From NCBI GenBank assembly GCA_937934305.1, contig CALHAG010000001.1, positions 12,422-76,421 on the forward strand: a DNA stretch of 64,000 nucleotides, written 5' to 3'. Positions within the stretch are counted from its first letter, which is position 1. Each line of letters starts with the position of its first letter. The position numbers and the translations under genes were made by a program. Source of the stretch: Candidatus Caldarchaeum subterraneum. Lineage in GTDB: Archaea > Thermoproteota > Nitrososphaeria_A > Caldarchaeales > Caldarchaeaceae. Under the pieces are notes generated by a model. The model had not been told where the DNA came from. It did not search any database and worked only from the letters and a program-made list of their open reading frames with translations. This document shows positions 27,342-37,872 of the stretch, in pieces.

Positions 27342-29570
27342 TTGAGAACAACCGTCCTGACACTAATATTATTCACAGCTCTCGCCCTACATCCAGCTAC
27401 AGCAGACCCCGCCTACGGACTACTACGGACATACACAGATCAGGGTTCGCGGATAGCTCAAGCCTATGACATAGAGGTGGACAGAGACGGAATATACATC
27501 GTGGGCCTAAGTAATGATAGGTACAATAAACCTGCTTTAACAATCTTGAACTCGGACCACACTCTTCGCTGCAGCACCCGGATAGATGAACCAAGTTCAT
27601 CTTCCGTGGTTCAAGGAGTAGCCATGACTGTTGAGATTAATCAGACATATGTCTTCGTAGCCGGCATCCTATCAAACACGCCTGATAGCAGGACATCGTT
27701 CAAGCTAATTTATGTCGCAGCTCTCCGAAAAAACGATTGCTCACTTGTAGAACCCTTCTACACAATCGATCTAACAAGTTTATCCTTAGGCCTTCGACCT
27801 TTCTCTGAATGGAGTGAAGGTATAGACTTGGCTGTGGATGATACGGGAGTCTATCTGTTAGTAGGGCTGTTTATTTTTGATAATCGGGGATTTCTCATTC
27901 TGAAACTTGACCATTCTCTTCAATATGTTACACACAAATTCATTGTCCTGAGTACTCCCAATGGCGATTTTGGCATGTCTATAGCCCTTGGAGACCAGAG
28001 TCTTTACGTGGCTGGAATCATGGGGTTTGACCCTTCTACGTTTTCAGGAAACAGCTTATTTGTCAGTAAATTCGACAAAACATCTTTAACACTTCAAAAC
28101 ACGGTCAATCTAGGACCGTCGTTCCGGGATGTTTTTTTCGCGGGTCTGGAGATGGTCGTTGACGAAAATAATGACATCTACGTTGTTCAGACCCAGCGAA
28201 CAACTGGAAATTATGACTCCATAGTGGTTGATAAACTCGATAGTAATATGAACAGTATTTGGAAACAGGCTTATCTAATCGACAACGTATACATGGATTC
28301 CTCTCTTTCCCTTCCGCAGCACATCCTTCTGAATTGGACTTATGGCGTGACGGCGGCGGTTTCTGATAGCTATCTCTTCATAGGAGGTTTCACCACCAAC
28401 TTCTACGTGAACCCAAAAGGAGGGGAAAACCCTGTGCATGGGCTGGTTCTTGCGGTGAGCAGGTTTGATGGGGAAGCACAGGTTGCTTTCCGCATCAGAG
28501 GACAACGAAGTCCTGACAACAACGTGCAAGTAATAGGTGTTGATGCTTTTGACGACTGTGTCTATCTTGCAGGATATTCGGACTACTATAGGCTTGAGTA
28601 CGTGCTTCTAAACCTTAACAACCAAAGCTTATCACCATCACTGGTCGCCTTCCCAGTTCTTTCTAGACCACCATCACAGGAAATGAGGAATCTTGATTTC
28701 AAGCTGACGTCACAAAGTTGGTCTCCTGTGTTTGACCAAGATGGTGCAAGTAGTTACGCACTCTACGGTATTCTGTGTCCTGGTTCTCTGACTCGTCAGA
28801 CGACAACCACCTCTACATCCACCGTCACGAGCACAGCCACCGAGACTACGACCAGCACCTCGGTTGTCTCATCCACAACCACTTTAACAAGTACAAGAAT
28901 ATCGCGATTTACGGTGACATCAACTTCCACGGAGCTAGTCCAGGAGACGGTGACTGTTCCGTCAACGGTTTACACCACCTATACTGAGTATTCGACGGAG
29001 AGGGTTTCGCAAACCGTGTTCGAGACCGTCCGCACCATAGTTACCGACCGGTTCCAGGCGCCGCAGATAATCACGGTGTACGATGGCGCAGGTGCTACGA
29101 CGGCCACTGTTTTCCGCAACACGACGACGACCGCTACTTTGCAGTTGACCACAACCGTAAAGGGTGAGGTGAATTGGCTGGAGCTGCCGCCGTGGTTCTA
29201 CCTACCGTTTTTCCTCCTACCTCTTCCTCTTGTCGCCGTGCTTCTCAACAACCGCCGTGTGAAAATCATCATCAACAGGAGCGAGGGGCCGCTTACGGTC
29301 TGGAGCCATGGCGACGAGCCGCTGGTCGAGGACATCTACATGACGCCAAGCATAGCATCCGTGAAGAAAGGCGCCAAAATCACCTTCGTCAACAAAGACA
29401 ACGTGCCCCACGTTATTGAAGCATATGAGGGCCCAGCAGAATACCTCTTCACATCGGAGGAAATCAAGCCAGGTGGGAAATGGCGGCACAAACTAGAAGC
29501 ACCGGGCATATACCGCGTCAGAAGCATAACCAAACCTTACATGGGCTGCATCATACGTGTAGAGGATTAG
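27342..29570 (+). CDS. Secreted beta-propeller-repeat surface protein, paralog 2, with Ser/Thr-rich stalk, hydrophobic anchor and a C-terminal cupredoxin-like domain
   Basis: TTG start. Signal peptide 'LILFTALALHPATA'. N-terminal 'SRIAQAYDIEVDRDGIYIVG' parallels paralog 1. S/T-rich region at about 28790-29160. Hydrophobic 'WFYLPFFLLPLPLVAVLL'. C-terminus 'ITFVNKDNVPHVIEAY...PGIYRVRSITKPYMGCIIRV'. Confidence 0.5.
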   Translation: MRTTVLTLILFTALALHPATADPAYGLLRTYTDQGSRIAQAYDIEVDRDGIYIVGLSNDRYNKPALTILNSDHTLRCSTRIDEPSSSSVVQGVAMTVEINQTYVFVAGILSNTPDSRTSFKLIYVAALRKNDCSLVEPFYTIDLTSLSLGLRPFSEWSEGIDLAVDDTGVYLLVGLFIFDNRGFLILKLDHSLQYVTHKFIVLSTPNGDFGMSIALGDQSLYVAGIMGFDPSTFSGNSLFVSKFDKTSLTLQNTVNLGPSFRDVFFAGLEMVVDENNDIYVVQTQRTTGNYDSIVVDKLDSNMNSIWKQAYLIDNVYMDSSLSLPQHILLNWTYGVTAAVSDSYLFIGGFTTNFYVNPKGGENPVHGLVLAVSRFDGEAQVAFRIRGQRSPDNNVQVIGVDAFDDCVYLAGYSDYYRLEYVLLNLNNQSLSPSLVAFPVLSRPPSQEMRNLDFKLTSQSWSPVFDQDGASSYALYGILCPGSLTRQTTTTSTSTVTSTATETTTSTSVVSSTTTLTSTRISRFTVTSTSTELVQETVTVPSTVYTTYTEYSTERVSQTVFETVRTIVTDRFQAPQIITVYDGAGATTATVFRNTTTTATLQLTTTVKGEVNWLELPPWFYLPFFLLPLPLVAVLLNNRRVKIIINRSEGPLTVWSHGDEPLVEDIYMTPSIASVKKGAKITFVNKDNVPHVIEAYEGPAEYLFTSEEIKPGGKWRHKLEAPGIYRVRSITKPYMGCIIRVED

Positions 29571-29607
29571 AAGGGGTGAAAACCTTTAAAACAAGCAATC
29601 CATATCT

Positions 29608-30165
29608 ATGCCGATGTCTCTTCTGACAGCGATAGTGGATATAGTAGTGGCGTTGATTCAGCTGGTTTTCGCCGTGGCCCTCGCCCTCTTCAGCATAACC
29701 GTCGCCATCAACATCCTCAACAGAGTCACGAAAGACATCAACGAGTTCGAGGAGATTCGGAAGAAGAACTTAGCCGTAGCGGTGTACATAGCCGGTATAC
29801 TTATCGCGGTCGGCAACGTGGTTGGGCAAGCGGTCTCAGGAATCAGCAAAGCAGTTGTCCCCGGCGCCTTTAACCTACCCGCTATCATCGGTGGCCTGGT
29901 TCAGCTATTCATCGGCCTGCCTCTCGCCATAGTGGTGATAACCTGGTCACAGAACAGGGTGTATACATGGTTTGTCAAAGCTGCCTCAAAACTGCCCAAA
30001 GTCGAGATTGAAAAGTTCAACATACAGGATGAGCTGAAGAACGGAAACCTCGCCGTCGCGCTGGTGCTTTTCGGAACCTTCGTCGCCATCTCGCTCGTAA
30101 TCAGCCAAGGCGTTTCATTCCTCTCCGAGCCGATAGCCTCGGCCCTGACATCTCTGCTCGGCTAA
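29608..30165 (+). CDS. DUF350-family membrane protein
   Basis: 185 aa with internal repeats carrying 'KKNLAVAVYIAG' and 'LKNGNLAVALVLFG', matching the DUF350 repeat signature. Confidence 0.5.
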   Translation: MPMSLLTAIVDIVVALIQLVFAVALALFSITVAINILNRVTKDINEFEEIRKKNLAVAVYIAGILIAVGNVVGQAVSGISKAVVPGAFNLPAIIGGLVQLFIGLPLAIVVITWSQNRVYTWFVKAASKLPKVEIEKFNIQDELKNGNLAVALVLFGTFVAISLVISQGVSFLSEPIASALTSLLG

Positions 30166-30178
30166 AACCCCCAATTTT

Positions 30179-30979
30179 TTATCCGATGTAGAAAGGCTCT
30201 TTGGATGGCTTCTCGTCCGAGACTATTTTTCTACCGGTTAGGCCGAGCTGCTCAACCTCCTGCATAGCTCTGGCCTGTTTCTCAATCTCTGTGTCGAGGG
30301 CCTTGAAGTCAACCTCTATGCCGAGGTAGCGTGACACAACTTCGAGCAGTCTGCGTGCGGCGAGGTTGTCGGGGATGTATGAAGCGGAGTCGGAGAAGAG
30401 CATCGAGACTTTTTTTCCGTCGCGGGCGAAGAAGAGCATGAGAAAGCCTGAGACTCTGTCGACTGGAAGTGTTTCGAGGCTGGGGCTCCGCTTGGCCCCT
30501 GCGTCGAGAAGAGCCTTGGACTGGTCGAGGCTTGTGGTGGAGACGAAGACGCTACCGTCCCCCGTTACTCTGCCGCTGGCGAGAACAAGATACTCGTTTA
30601 CGTTGTGTCGTGCGAGAAACTGGTATAGCTTGGAGGCGAGCTCATAGCTTCCCTCGTTGCTCTCAACGGGGAAAACACGGCTGAGAAGAAGAAGCTTCAA
30701 CCCTTTAACATTCACGAGATAAAGCTCAAGCTTCGGCCGCGAAGCTATGCCGTCATCATCAATAATGCTTATCTGGGGAAAATGAGGCGAAACAATCTCC
30801 CCCACCAGCACCGCGTCAAAAACCTCCCGCAGATAATTCACCGCGAGAATACCCGCGGCCCCCGCCGTGGGCGAGCCCTCGATAAAAATCGCTCCATCAA
30901 TCTCCACCCCGTCGACAACATCGATACGAGTCTCCAAACCCATGTCTACACACGTTGCCGAAAGGCCTCTAAAAAGCAT
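30179..30979 (-). CDS. PAC2-family (proteasome assembly chaperone-like) protein
   Basis: N-terminal 'AIFIEGSPTAGAAGILAVNYL' resembles the 'IEGFPGVGLVG' start of archaeal PAC2 proteins. 266 aa. Confidence 0.5.
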   Translation of the reverse strand: MLFRGLSATCVDMGLETRIDVVDGVEIDGAIFIEGSPTAGAAGILAVNYLREVFDAVLVGEIVSPHFPQISIIDDDGIASRPKLELYLVNVKGLKLLLLSRVFPVESNEGSYELASKLYQFLARHNVNEYLVLASGRVTGDGSVFVSTTSLDQSKALLDAGAKRSPSLETLPVDRVSGFLMLFFARDGKKVSMLFSDSASYIPDNLAARRLLEVVSRYLGIEVDFKALDTEIEKQARAMQEVEQLGLTGRKIVSDEKPSKEPFYIG

Positions 30980-30996
30980 ATCTCAGCCGACAAGCT

Positions 30997-31767
30997 CTAT
31001 GACTTGCCTGCGATGTCGTCGACAGCCTGTTTGAAGCTTTTGTAAATGATGCCTGTATCCACGGAGTAGGCCACATACTTTACACCTTGAGACATTAGCT
31101 GCCGCGCTTTCTCAACAGTCGGTGCGAAAGAGCCAGCGGAAACATTGTTCTGCAGGCATGTCTGGACAAGCTTCTTCAACGCCGCCAAAACCTTTTCATT
31201 GTCCACGTCTCCCGGGACACCAAGCGCCTGCGAGAGGTCGTAGGGCCCCACAAACAAGACATCCACACCCTTCACCGAGGCTATCGCCTCCATGTTCTCA
31301 ACACCCTCCACCCCCTCAATCTGCAAAACCACCATCGTCTCCCTATTTGACACAGCAAAATGCTCACGCGGAGATATACTTGTGTACCATGCGGCGCGTG
31401 TATAGGGGGATACTCCACGCATCCCTTCAGGTGCATACTTGACGGCCTTGACTGCTTTCTCCGCCTCAGCCGCAGACCCTATGTGAGGAATCTCTACACC
31501 ATGGGCACCTGCCTCGAGAGCCTTCAACACAGCCTCCTCAAAAGACTCCGGCACACGCACCACAGCAGTCAAACCATGAACATCCGCGGCTCTGACCATG
31601 TTCTCCATGGTTTCATAATCAATTACCCCATGTTCGAGGTCGATTATCACGAAATCAAACCCCGCAACAGCCGCCAGCTCAACTATCGACGGACTCGGAA
31701 TAGTAGCGAACAAGCCCACACACGGTTTCCCCATCCGCAGCTTCTCCTTCAACACATTCTTCTTCAT
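30997..31767 (-). CDS. HpcH/HpaI-family 2-keto-3-deoxy-sugar-acid aldolase
   Basis: 'GLFATIPSPSIVELAAVAGFDFVIIDLEHG' and TIM-barrel aldolase composition. 256 aa. Confidence 0.75.
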   Translation of the reverse strand: MKKNVLKEKLRMGKPCVGLFATIPSPSIVELAAVAGFDFVIIDLEHGVIDYETMENMVRAADVHGLTAVVRVPESFEEAVLKALEAGAHGVEIPHIGSAAEAEKAVKAVKYAPEGMRGVSPYTRAAWYTSISPREHFAVSNRETMVVLQIEGVEGVENMEAIASVKGVDVLFVGPYDLSQALGVPGDVDNEKVLAALKKLVQTCLQNNVSAGSFAPTVEKARQLMSQGVKYVAYSVDTGIIYKSFKQAVDDIAGKS

Positions 31768-31844
31768 GACAGGTCATGAAAAATAGAGCGGTAAATAAAC
31801 AATAGCCACAAAACCCATTAAAGTGAGCATTTGGGCATAAATTC

Positions 31845-32807
31845 ATGACTGTGTTAGTCACGGGAGCGACTGGGTTTATAGGAGCTTGGGTGGCCCGCAA
31901 CCTGCACAAGAAAGGCGTCAAATTCATCCTATCAGACATCCGCTTCGACACCTCTCGGCTCAAATACCTCATAGACAACCCCGAGTCTCTACCCTTCATA
32001 ACGCTTGACTTACGCAACGCATCAGACCTCGACAAAGTGTTGAGGGAGCATGATGTCGAGCGGATAATTCACTTGGCCGCTCTCCAGATTCCACAGTGTA
32101 GAGCTGACCCTGTCAACGGCGGTCTGGTGAACGTGGTTGGTTTTCTGAAGATTTTCGAGGCGGCGAAAAAATATGGCGGCGTAAAAAACATCGCATACGC
32201 GAGCTCGTTTGCTGTTTATGGGCCTCAAGAGCTTTATGGTGAAAAACCGTTGAACGAGGACGCGCCGCTAAAGCCTACGACTCACTACGGCGCCTTTAAG
32301 GTTTGCAACGAGTTGTCGGCGTACGCTTACTGGGTTGAGAACGGTATACCGAGCGTGGGGCTGAGACCTCATACCGTCTACGGCTTCGGACGAGATGTTG
32401 GTGTAACCTCCGACGTGACGACGGCGCTTAAAGCGGCCATTCTAAAGAAACCATTCAAGATAAGGTTCGGTGGAAAAGTCTCCATGCAATACGCGGCCGA
32501 TGTTGCCGAAGCATTTGTCGCAGCAGCATTCGCCAACCCTTCTGGAGCGAAAGTCTACAACCTAGGCGGCCCCGTTGTCTCTGTATCCGAAGTAGTCGAC
32601 ACCATCTGCAAAATAGTTCCCGACGCATGTGAACTAATTTCACACGCCGACAGTCCGTTGCCTGTGGCTTATGCTGTAGATGATACAGCCTTTAGAAGAG
32701 AAATCAAAGACATGTCCTATACATCGGTCAAGGACGGGCTCATGGAAACCTATGAAATCTACCAACGCGTCAAAGCCGCAGGCGAACTAGTTCTTCCACA
32801 GCAGTGA
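31845..32807 (+). CDS. Extended-SDR NAD-dependent epimerase/dehydratase-family protein (possible sugar 1-dehydrogenase)
   Basis: 'VLVTGATGFIGAWVARNL' Rossmann motif and a catalytic 'YGAFK' (YxxxK). 320 aa. Confidence 0.75.
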   Translation: MTVLVTGATGFIGAWVARNLHKKGVKFILSDIRFDTSRLKYLIDNPESLPFITLDLRNASDLDKVLREHDVERIIHLAALQIPQCRADPVNGGLVNVVGFLKIFEAAKKYGGVKNIAYASSFAVYGPQELYGEKPLNEDAPLKPTTHYGAFKVCNELSAYAYWVENGIPSVGLRPHTVYGFGRDVGVTSDVTTALKAAILKKPFKIRFGGKVSMQYAADVAEAFVAAAFANPSGAKVYNLGGPVVSVSEVVDTICKIVPDACELISHADSPLPVAYAVDDTAFRREIKDMSYTSVKDGLMETYEIYQRVKAAGELVLPQQ

Positions 32808-32813
32808 ATAACC

Positions 32814-33740
32814 ATGAAAATAGCGAGGATAATGGTTCCTAGGCTTGGGAAACGTCTAGCCATAGTAGACGACGAAGAGGCCCTTGTTTTATCGAATCCA
32901 CGCTACGGTGGCCCAAGAGGCTTTCTAGCACTGGTCAAAGAGGCGCAGGCCAAAAAAGTCTCCATCGAACAGCATATCCGCGACGTTGTAAAAAAAGACA
33001 GGAGAATTAAGCGGACGAGGCTTCCGCAGCAGCTTGATGAAGAGGAAAAATCTCCACGTTTATTGATACCACTTCTGCCTCCCGAGGTATGGGGCGCGGG
33101 TGTAACATATCTTCGGAGCCGCGAAGCCCGCGAATACGAGACCGTCGCCAAAGGGATTTACGACAGAGTCTATGAAGCGAAAAGGCCCGAGATATTTTTC
33201 AAGGCAACTCCTTCACGATGTGTCGGCCCCGGCGAGGACGCATTCATCCGAAGCGACACCAACTGGTCCGTGCCCGAGCCTGAACTTGCCCTAATCATAG
33301 GCCCAAGACACGAGATAATCGGATACACTATAGGCAACGACCTTTCCGCGAGAGATATAGAAGGTGAAAACCCGCTGTATCTTCCGCAGGCAAAAATCTA
33401 CAGAGGAAGCTGTGCATTGGGCCCAGTCATATCTACTCAGGAAAGCGTAGGCGACGCGAAAAACCTCACCATCACCATGACCGTTTACAGAGGCGGTGAG
33501 AAAGTTTACGAAGGCTCAACTTCGACGGCAAAGCTCAAGCGCAGTTTCGAGGAGCTTATTCATTACTGGGTTTTAGACAACGTTATACCGGTAGGTGCTG
33601 TTTTGTTGACGGGGACGGGTATAGTGCCTCCTGATGATTTTTCGCTTCAGGATAACGATGTTGTGGAGATTTGGATTGAGAAAATCGGTGTCCTCAGAAA
33701 CAGAATTCGGCGTCTCAGTAGCCGAGATAAACGGTCTTGA
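32814..33740 (+). CDS. Fumarylacetoacetate-hydrolase (FAH)-family hydrolase/dehydratase
   Basis: '[44 protein letters not shown]' core of the FAH fold. Confidence 0.7.
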   Translation: MKIARIMVPRLGKRLAIVDDEEALVLSNPRYGGPRGFLALVKEAQAKKVSIEQHIRDVVKKDRRIKRTRLPQQLDEEEKSPRLLIPLLPPEVWGAGVTYLRSREAREYETVAKGIYDRVYEAKRPEIFFKATPSRCVGPGEDAFIRSDTNWSVPEPELALIIGPRHEIIGYTIGNDLSARDIEGENPLYLPQAKIYRGSCALGPVISTQESVGDAKNLTITMTVYRGGEKVYEGSTSTAKLKRSFEELIHYWVLDNVIPVGAVLLTGTGIVPPDDFSLQDNDVVEIWIEKIGVLRNRIRRLSSRDKRS

Positions 33741-35193
33741 GCTTGGAGTAGAAGTCCAGCGCAGTTTCTCCCTGCTCCTTTATGTCGCCATAGCTTGACC
33801 TTTTGTATCCTCCGAAAGGCACCTGGAACTCGAGTCCAGTCGTCGGCTTGTTGACCTTCACAACACCCGCTTGGACACGTTGAATGAATTCGAAAGCACG
33901 CGGCAAACTCGTTGTAAACACCGAGGCGGACAACCCATACTCAATTTTGTTAGCAACCTCGACAGCCTCGTCAAAGTCATGCACATGTATGATGGATAAA
34001 ACGGGTCCGAATATTTCTTCTTGCGCTATCTTCATGTCGGGTGTGACGTCGGTGAATATTGTCGGCTCTAGGAAGAATCCCTTCGAGTGCTCTTGCGAGG
34101 TTAGTCTCTTTCCCCCTATGAGGAGTTTTGCCCCCTCCTTAACACCGATATCCACGTAGGAGAGAATTTTCTTCATCTCTTTTTCGCCTACCACGGGGCC
34201 CATCTCCACACCATCAGCCAAGCCGTTGCCCACCCGTATCCGCTTAACACGTTCAACAAGCTTTTCCTCAAATTGTTTAGCGATTTTGTCGACAACAATT
34301 GCCCTGCTGGTGGCTGTGCATGCTTGGCCCGTCAGACCAAACGCGGCCCGTGTAACCATCTCCACAGCTTTATCCAGGTCAGCATCCTCGAGAACAACCG
34401 ATGGATTTTTCCCGCCGAGCTCCAGCTGAACACGTATGTTGGACCTGCAAGCGTATTGCTTAATTTCCTCCCCAACCTCAGCCGAGCCTGTGAAAGAAAT
34501 TGCGTCAACTTTATCGTTTATGATGAGTTCCGCCCCAACCTCTCCACCCGAGCCTGTGACAAAGTTCACAACGCCTGGCGGTATGCCAGCGGCGTTAAGA
34601 GCCTCGACTATCTTGTAGCCTATCAGCGGAGTGTAGCTCGCCGGTTTAAAGACCACTGTGTTGCCGCATACAAGCGCTGGAGCGATTTTCCAAGACGGTA
34701 TGGCGATGGGGAAGTTCCATGGAGTTATTATCGAGACGACGCCGAGAGGTTCTCTCAGGGTGAATAGATGTGTCCGCGCGTCAGCGGAAGGCGTAAACTC
34801 TCCTCTGATACGGCTGCCCATCACGCCGTAGAACTTGAAAATATCTATGGCGCGGGCGACCTCCGCTCTGCTCTCGTTAAGGGTTTTTCCCTCTTCTCTC
34901 GTCAGTATCCTCGCAAGCTCCTCCGCCTGGCTCTCCATGATTTGCGCCGCCTTGACGAGATATTTCCCCCGTTGCACAGGTGAAAGAGCGGCCCACTTTT
35001 CAAAAGCCTCTTCCGCCGAATCTATGGCTTTTTTCACGTCTTCTCTGCTCAGAAGCGGAAAAACAGCAACAACCTCGTCCACATCCGCAGGGTTCCGATC
35101 TTCAAAAACACCGTAAACACCAGCCTGAACCCGCTCACCATTTATGATACATGGATATACGCTTGACATAAACCTCCCTACGCAGACTGACAT
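33715..35193 (-). CDS. NAD(P)-dependent aldehyde dehydrogenase
   Basis: '[11 protein letters not shown]' and catalytic Cys 'GQACTATSR'. 492 aa. Confidence 0.9.
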   Translation of the reverse strand: MSVCVGRFMSSVYPCIINGERVQAGVYGVFEDRNPADVDEVVAVFPLLSREDVKKAIDSAEEAFEKWAALSPVQRGKYLVKAAQIMESQAEELARILTREEGKTLNESRAEVARAIDIFKFYGVMGSRIRGEFTPSADARTHLFTLREPLGVVSIITPWNFPIAIPSWKIAPALVCGNTVVFKPASYTPLIGYKIVEALNAAGIPPGVVNFVTGSGGEVGAELIINDKVDAISFTGSAEVGEEIKQYACRSNIRVQLELGGKNPSVVLEDADLDKAVEMVTRAAFGLTGQACTATSRAIVVDKIAKQFEEKLVERVKRIRVGNGLADGVEMGPVVGEKEMKKILSYVDIGVKEGAKLLIGGKRLTSQEHSKGFFLEPTIFTDVTPDMKIAQEEIFGPVLSIIHVHDFDEAVEVANKIEYGLSASVFTTSLPRAFEFIQRVQAGVVKVNKPTTGLEFQVPFGGYKRSSYGDIKEQGETALDFYSKLKTVYLGY

Positions 35194-35267
35194 AAAAACA
35201 CTTAACAGAACTTCTAAAATTCACATAATTTCTACGATGTACGGAATAAGTTTATATCCAACATATA

Positions 35268-36956
35268 TTGCAAGATTTGTCGATGAATCTGGAAAAATAT
35301 AACGTTACGCGGAGGAAGGCGATAAGCACTGGCGCAAAAGTTGCTACCGCGGCTGTTGTGACAGGCGTTGTCGGAGGACTTGCAGGCTATTTAGCTGGGA
35401 CATCTGGCCAGCAAGAATCCACCGTCACCAGAACCGTCACGGTAGGCGGAGGAGGCGGACAGACAGTCACCGTAACAAACACCGCAACTGCAACAGTCAC
35501 AACCACGGCAACCAGAACTGTGACGGCCGCAACAGGCCCCGTAACACCTGAGGTCAGCATAACCTTTGCCTCACCGGAGTGGTTGCCGGGTAGGCTAACA
35601 GGCCTCATAGCGCAGGATTTCCCAGCATGGTCCAAGGCGAACATCGGAAAAGCCGTCGAAGTTAAGATGGACCTAATTCCCTGGGACGTGATATTTGAGA
35701 GGCTTTCCACAACACTGATTGCGCGGTCCAAGGAGCCCACTCTCCTTATATCAGACAGCCAGTGGCTTGGTCAGTTCTATGTCGGAGGCCACATCAGACG
35801 CCTCAACGACTACATATCGAGAGACCCTGAGCTTCAGCAGCTTCTTAACAGGTTTGACCCAGCTCTAGTGTACTTCTACATGACCTTCCCGCAGGGCAAC
35901 TACGACAACATAGTAGGGTTTGCCCACGAAGGCGACACACTCTTATTTGTCTACAGACATGACCTATTCACCCACCCAACCGAGCGTGAAAACTTCAAAG
36001 CACAATACGGCTACGACCTACCAGCCAATTATGAGGACTGGTATCCCGGCCAGCTCGACTGGTACCAAATACGTGACATCGCCGAGTTCTTCACCAGAAA
36101 AGCGGGAGACGAATTAGCCGGTAAGAGGCTTGAAGAAGACTTCTACGGAATAGCCGTCCACATGTCAAGGGCATACGACGCAATAGCTTGCCCATTCGGC
36201 TCGATTCTATACTGCCACGGTGAATACTGGTGGGACCCTGAAACAGGAGAGGTTGAGGGCTACATAAACAGCGAGAGAGCTGTAAAAGCCCTTGAATTCT
36301 ACGCATCTCTGGTACAGTATTCGCCTCCTAACGCTCTGGAGCTGTGGTTCGACGAAGCCAACGCGGTGATGCAGGCGGGGCGTGTTGCTATGATATACAA
36401 CTGGGCTGGATTCCTGCCAAGCTTGTTCGACCCAGCCGCCTCGAAGGTCTATAATTTGATAAGGGTGGTTCCACCGCCCGGACACCGCGGCGACGACGGC
36501 ATCTTCAGAAGATACAGCGGAATAGGTGGCCAGCCGATGTGCATAAACGCGTACAGCGACCGTGTTGAAGAGGCTCTGGCGTTCATCAAATACTGGTTCC
36601 AGCCGCAGAACCAGCGGAAATGGGCTGAAGGAGGAGGAGGCGTATGCATCAAAGACATCATCCAAACAGAATGGTTCAGAAACCTCACACCATACAACAG
36701 AGCGTACGCCGACTCGATACCTTTCCAGGTAGACTTCTGGAACGTGCCCTTCTTCGCAGAGATGTTGACGGCTGTGCAAGAGGAGATACACTCCGCTCTG
36801 GCTGGAGCAGTAAGCCCACGAACAGCTCTCGACAACCTCGCAAGAAGACACAAAGAGATAATCCAAAGAGAAAACTATCCACGGGCATTCGAGAGGTACG
36901 GACGACCAGCGAAAAATGTTGCGCAGCTCATCAGACGAGGTCTGCCTATCAGCTAA
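35268..36956 (+). CDS. ABC transporter extracellular sugar-binding protein (family 1) with Thr-rich linker
   Basis: N-terminal 'RRKAISTGAKVATAAVV' anchor, then the linker 'TVTVTNTATATVTTTATRTVTAAT'. 562 aa. Confidence 0.7.
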   Translation: MQDLSMNLEKYNVTRRKAISTGAKVATAAVVTGVVGGLAGYLAGTSGQQESTVTRTVTVGGGGGQTVTVTNTATATVTTTATRTVTAATGPVTPEVSITFASPEWLPGRLTGLIAQDFPAWSKANIGKAVEVKMDLIPWDVIFERLSTTLIARSKEPTLLISDSQWLGQFYVGGHIRRLNDYISRDPELQQLLNRFDPALVYFYMTFPQGNYDNIVGFAHEGDTLLFVYRHDLFTHPTERENFKAQYGYDLPANYEDWYPGQLDWYQIRDIAEFFTRKAGDELAGKRLEEDFYGIAVHMSRAYDAIACPFGSILYCHGEYWWDPETGEVEGYINSERAVKALEFYASLVQYSPPNALELWFDEANAVMQAGRVAMIYNWAGFLPSLFDPAASKVYNLIRVVPPPGHRGDDGIFRRYSGIGGQPMCINAYSDRVEEALAFIKYWFQPQNQRKWAEGGGGVCIKDIIQTEWFRNLTPYNRAYADSIPFQVDFWNVPFFAEMLTAVQEEIHSALAGAVSPRTALDNLARRHKEIIQRENYPRAFERYGRPAKNVAQLIRRGLPIS

Positions 36957-36991
36957 AAATAAATTCCACTTTCCTTTTCTTCTTTTTCAGA

Positions 36992-37870
36992 ATGGGTCGT
37001 AGGAATTTGAGGTCTCCAATAACTTATAGAGCTTTTCCAATATTTTTGATAATTCCCGCCGTAGCTCTCGTAATTTTTCTGGTGATATTTCCACTGATAT
37101 GGGCCCTCGGGCTCAGTTTCTACTCCTACAACGCTCTTCGAGGAGACTCTCCCGTTTTCGTCGGTTTAGATAACTATTCGCTGCTTCTAAACAGCGGCGA
37201 GATATGGCGCAGATTCATCACAACAGGCCAGTTTGTGTTATATGCTGTTGTTCTCGAGTTTTTGGTTGGTTTTGCTCTTGCCCATCTTTTCTTCACAAAG
37301 TTCAAGGGTCGTCGGCTTGCAATCACTCTAGTGACCACCCCGCTGCTCATAGCACCGGTTGCGGTAGGGATATTCTTCCGCTACATCTATGACGCCACCT
37401 TCGGCGTCTTCACCTACTTTGTCGAATTAGTAACGGGACAGAGAATCAGAATGCTTTCTCAGCAACCCATGCTGGCGGTCGTTTTCATGGATGTGTGGCA
37501 GTGGTCGCCTTTCATGATGCTTTTCATACTCGCAGGACTGGAGGCCATACCGAAACACATGCTAGAATCCTCCGAAATCGATAGGCTTTCATGGATAAAC
37601 AAGTTCAGATACGTTGTCTGGCCCAAGATAAAGCCGTTGGTTGCGTTGGCCCTCCTGTTCAGAACCATGGACGCATTCAGAACATTCGACACAATTTTCA
37701 CCCTCACGGGAGGAGGCCCTGGCACACTCACAGAGGTGCTGTCAATCACCATCTACCGCACCGCTTTCCAGTTCTTCCGAACAGGTGAGGCGACGGCGCT
37801 GGCCTTCATATTCCTAGTTATAATAATATTGTTGACCAACCTCTATCTGAGGTTAGCTCGGAGGGAGTAG
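36992..37870 (+). CDS. Sugar ABC transporter permease (MalF/UgpA-like)
   Basis: Internal Met of ORF 36644..37870. 6-TM permease. Confidence 0.75.
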   Translation: MGRRNLRSPITYRAFPIFLIIPAVALVIFLVIFPLIWALGLSFYSYNALRGDSPVFVGLDNYSLLLNSGEIWRRFITTGQFVLYAVVLEFLVGFALAHLFFTKFKGRRLAITLVTTPLLIAPVAVGIFFRYIYDATFGVFTYFVELVTGQRIRMLSQQPMLAVVFMDVWQWSPFMMLFILAGLEAIPKHMLESSEIDRLSWINKFRYVVWPKIKPLVALALLFRTMDAFRTFDTIFTLTGGGPGTLTEVLSITIYRTAFQFFRTGEATALAFIFLVIIILLTNLYLRLARRE

Positions 37871-37872
37871 CC

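Noticed and set aside
36207-36866. 219-aa minus-strand ORF inside the sugar-binding protein gene
   Set aside because: Antisense to the SBP gene. No motif. Composition consistent with a shadow ORF.
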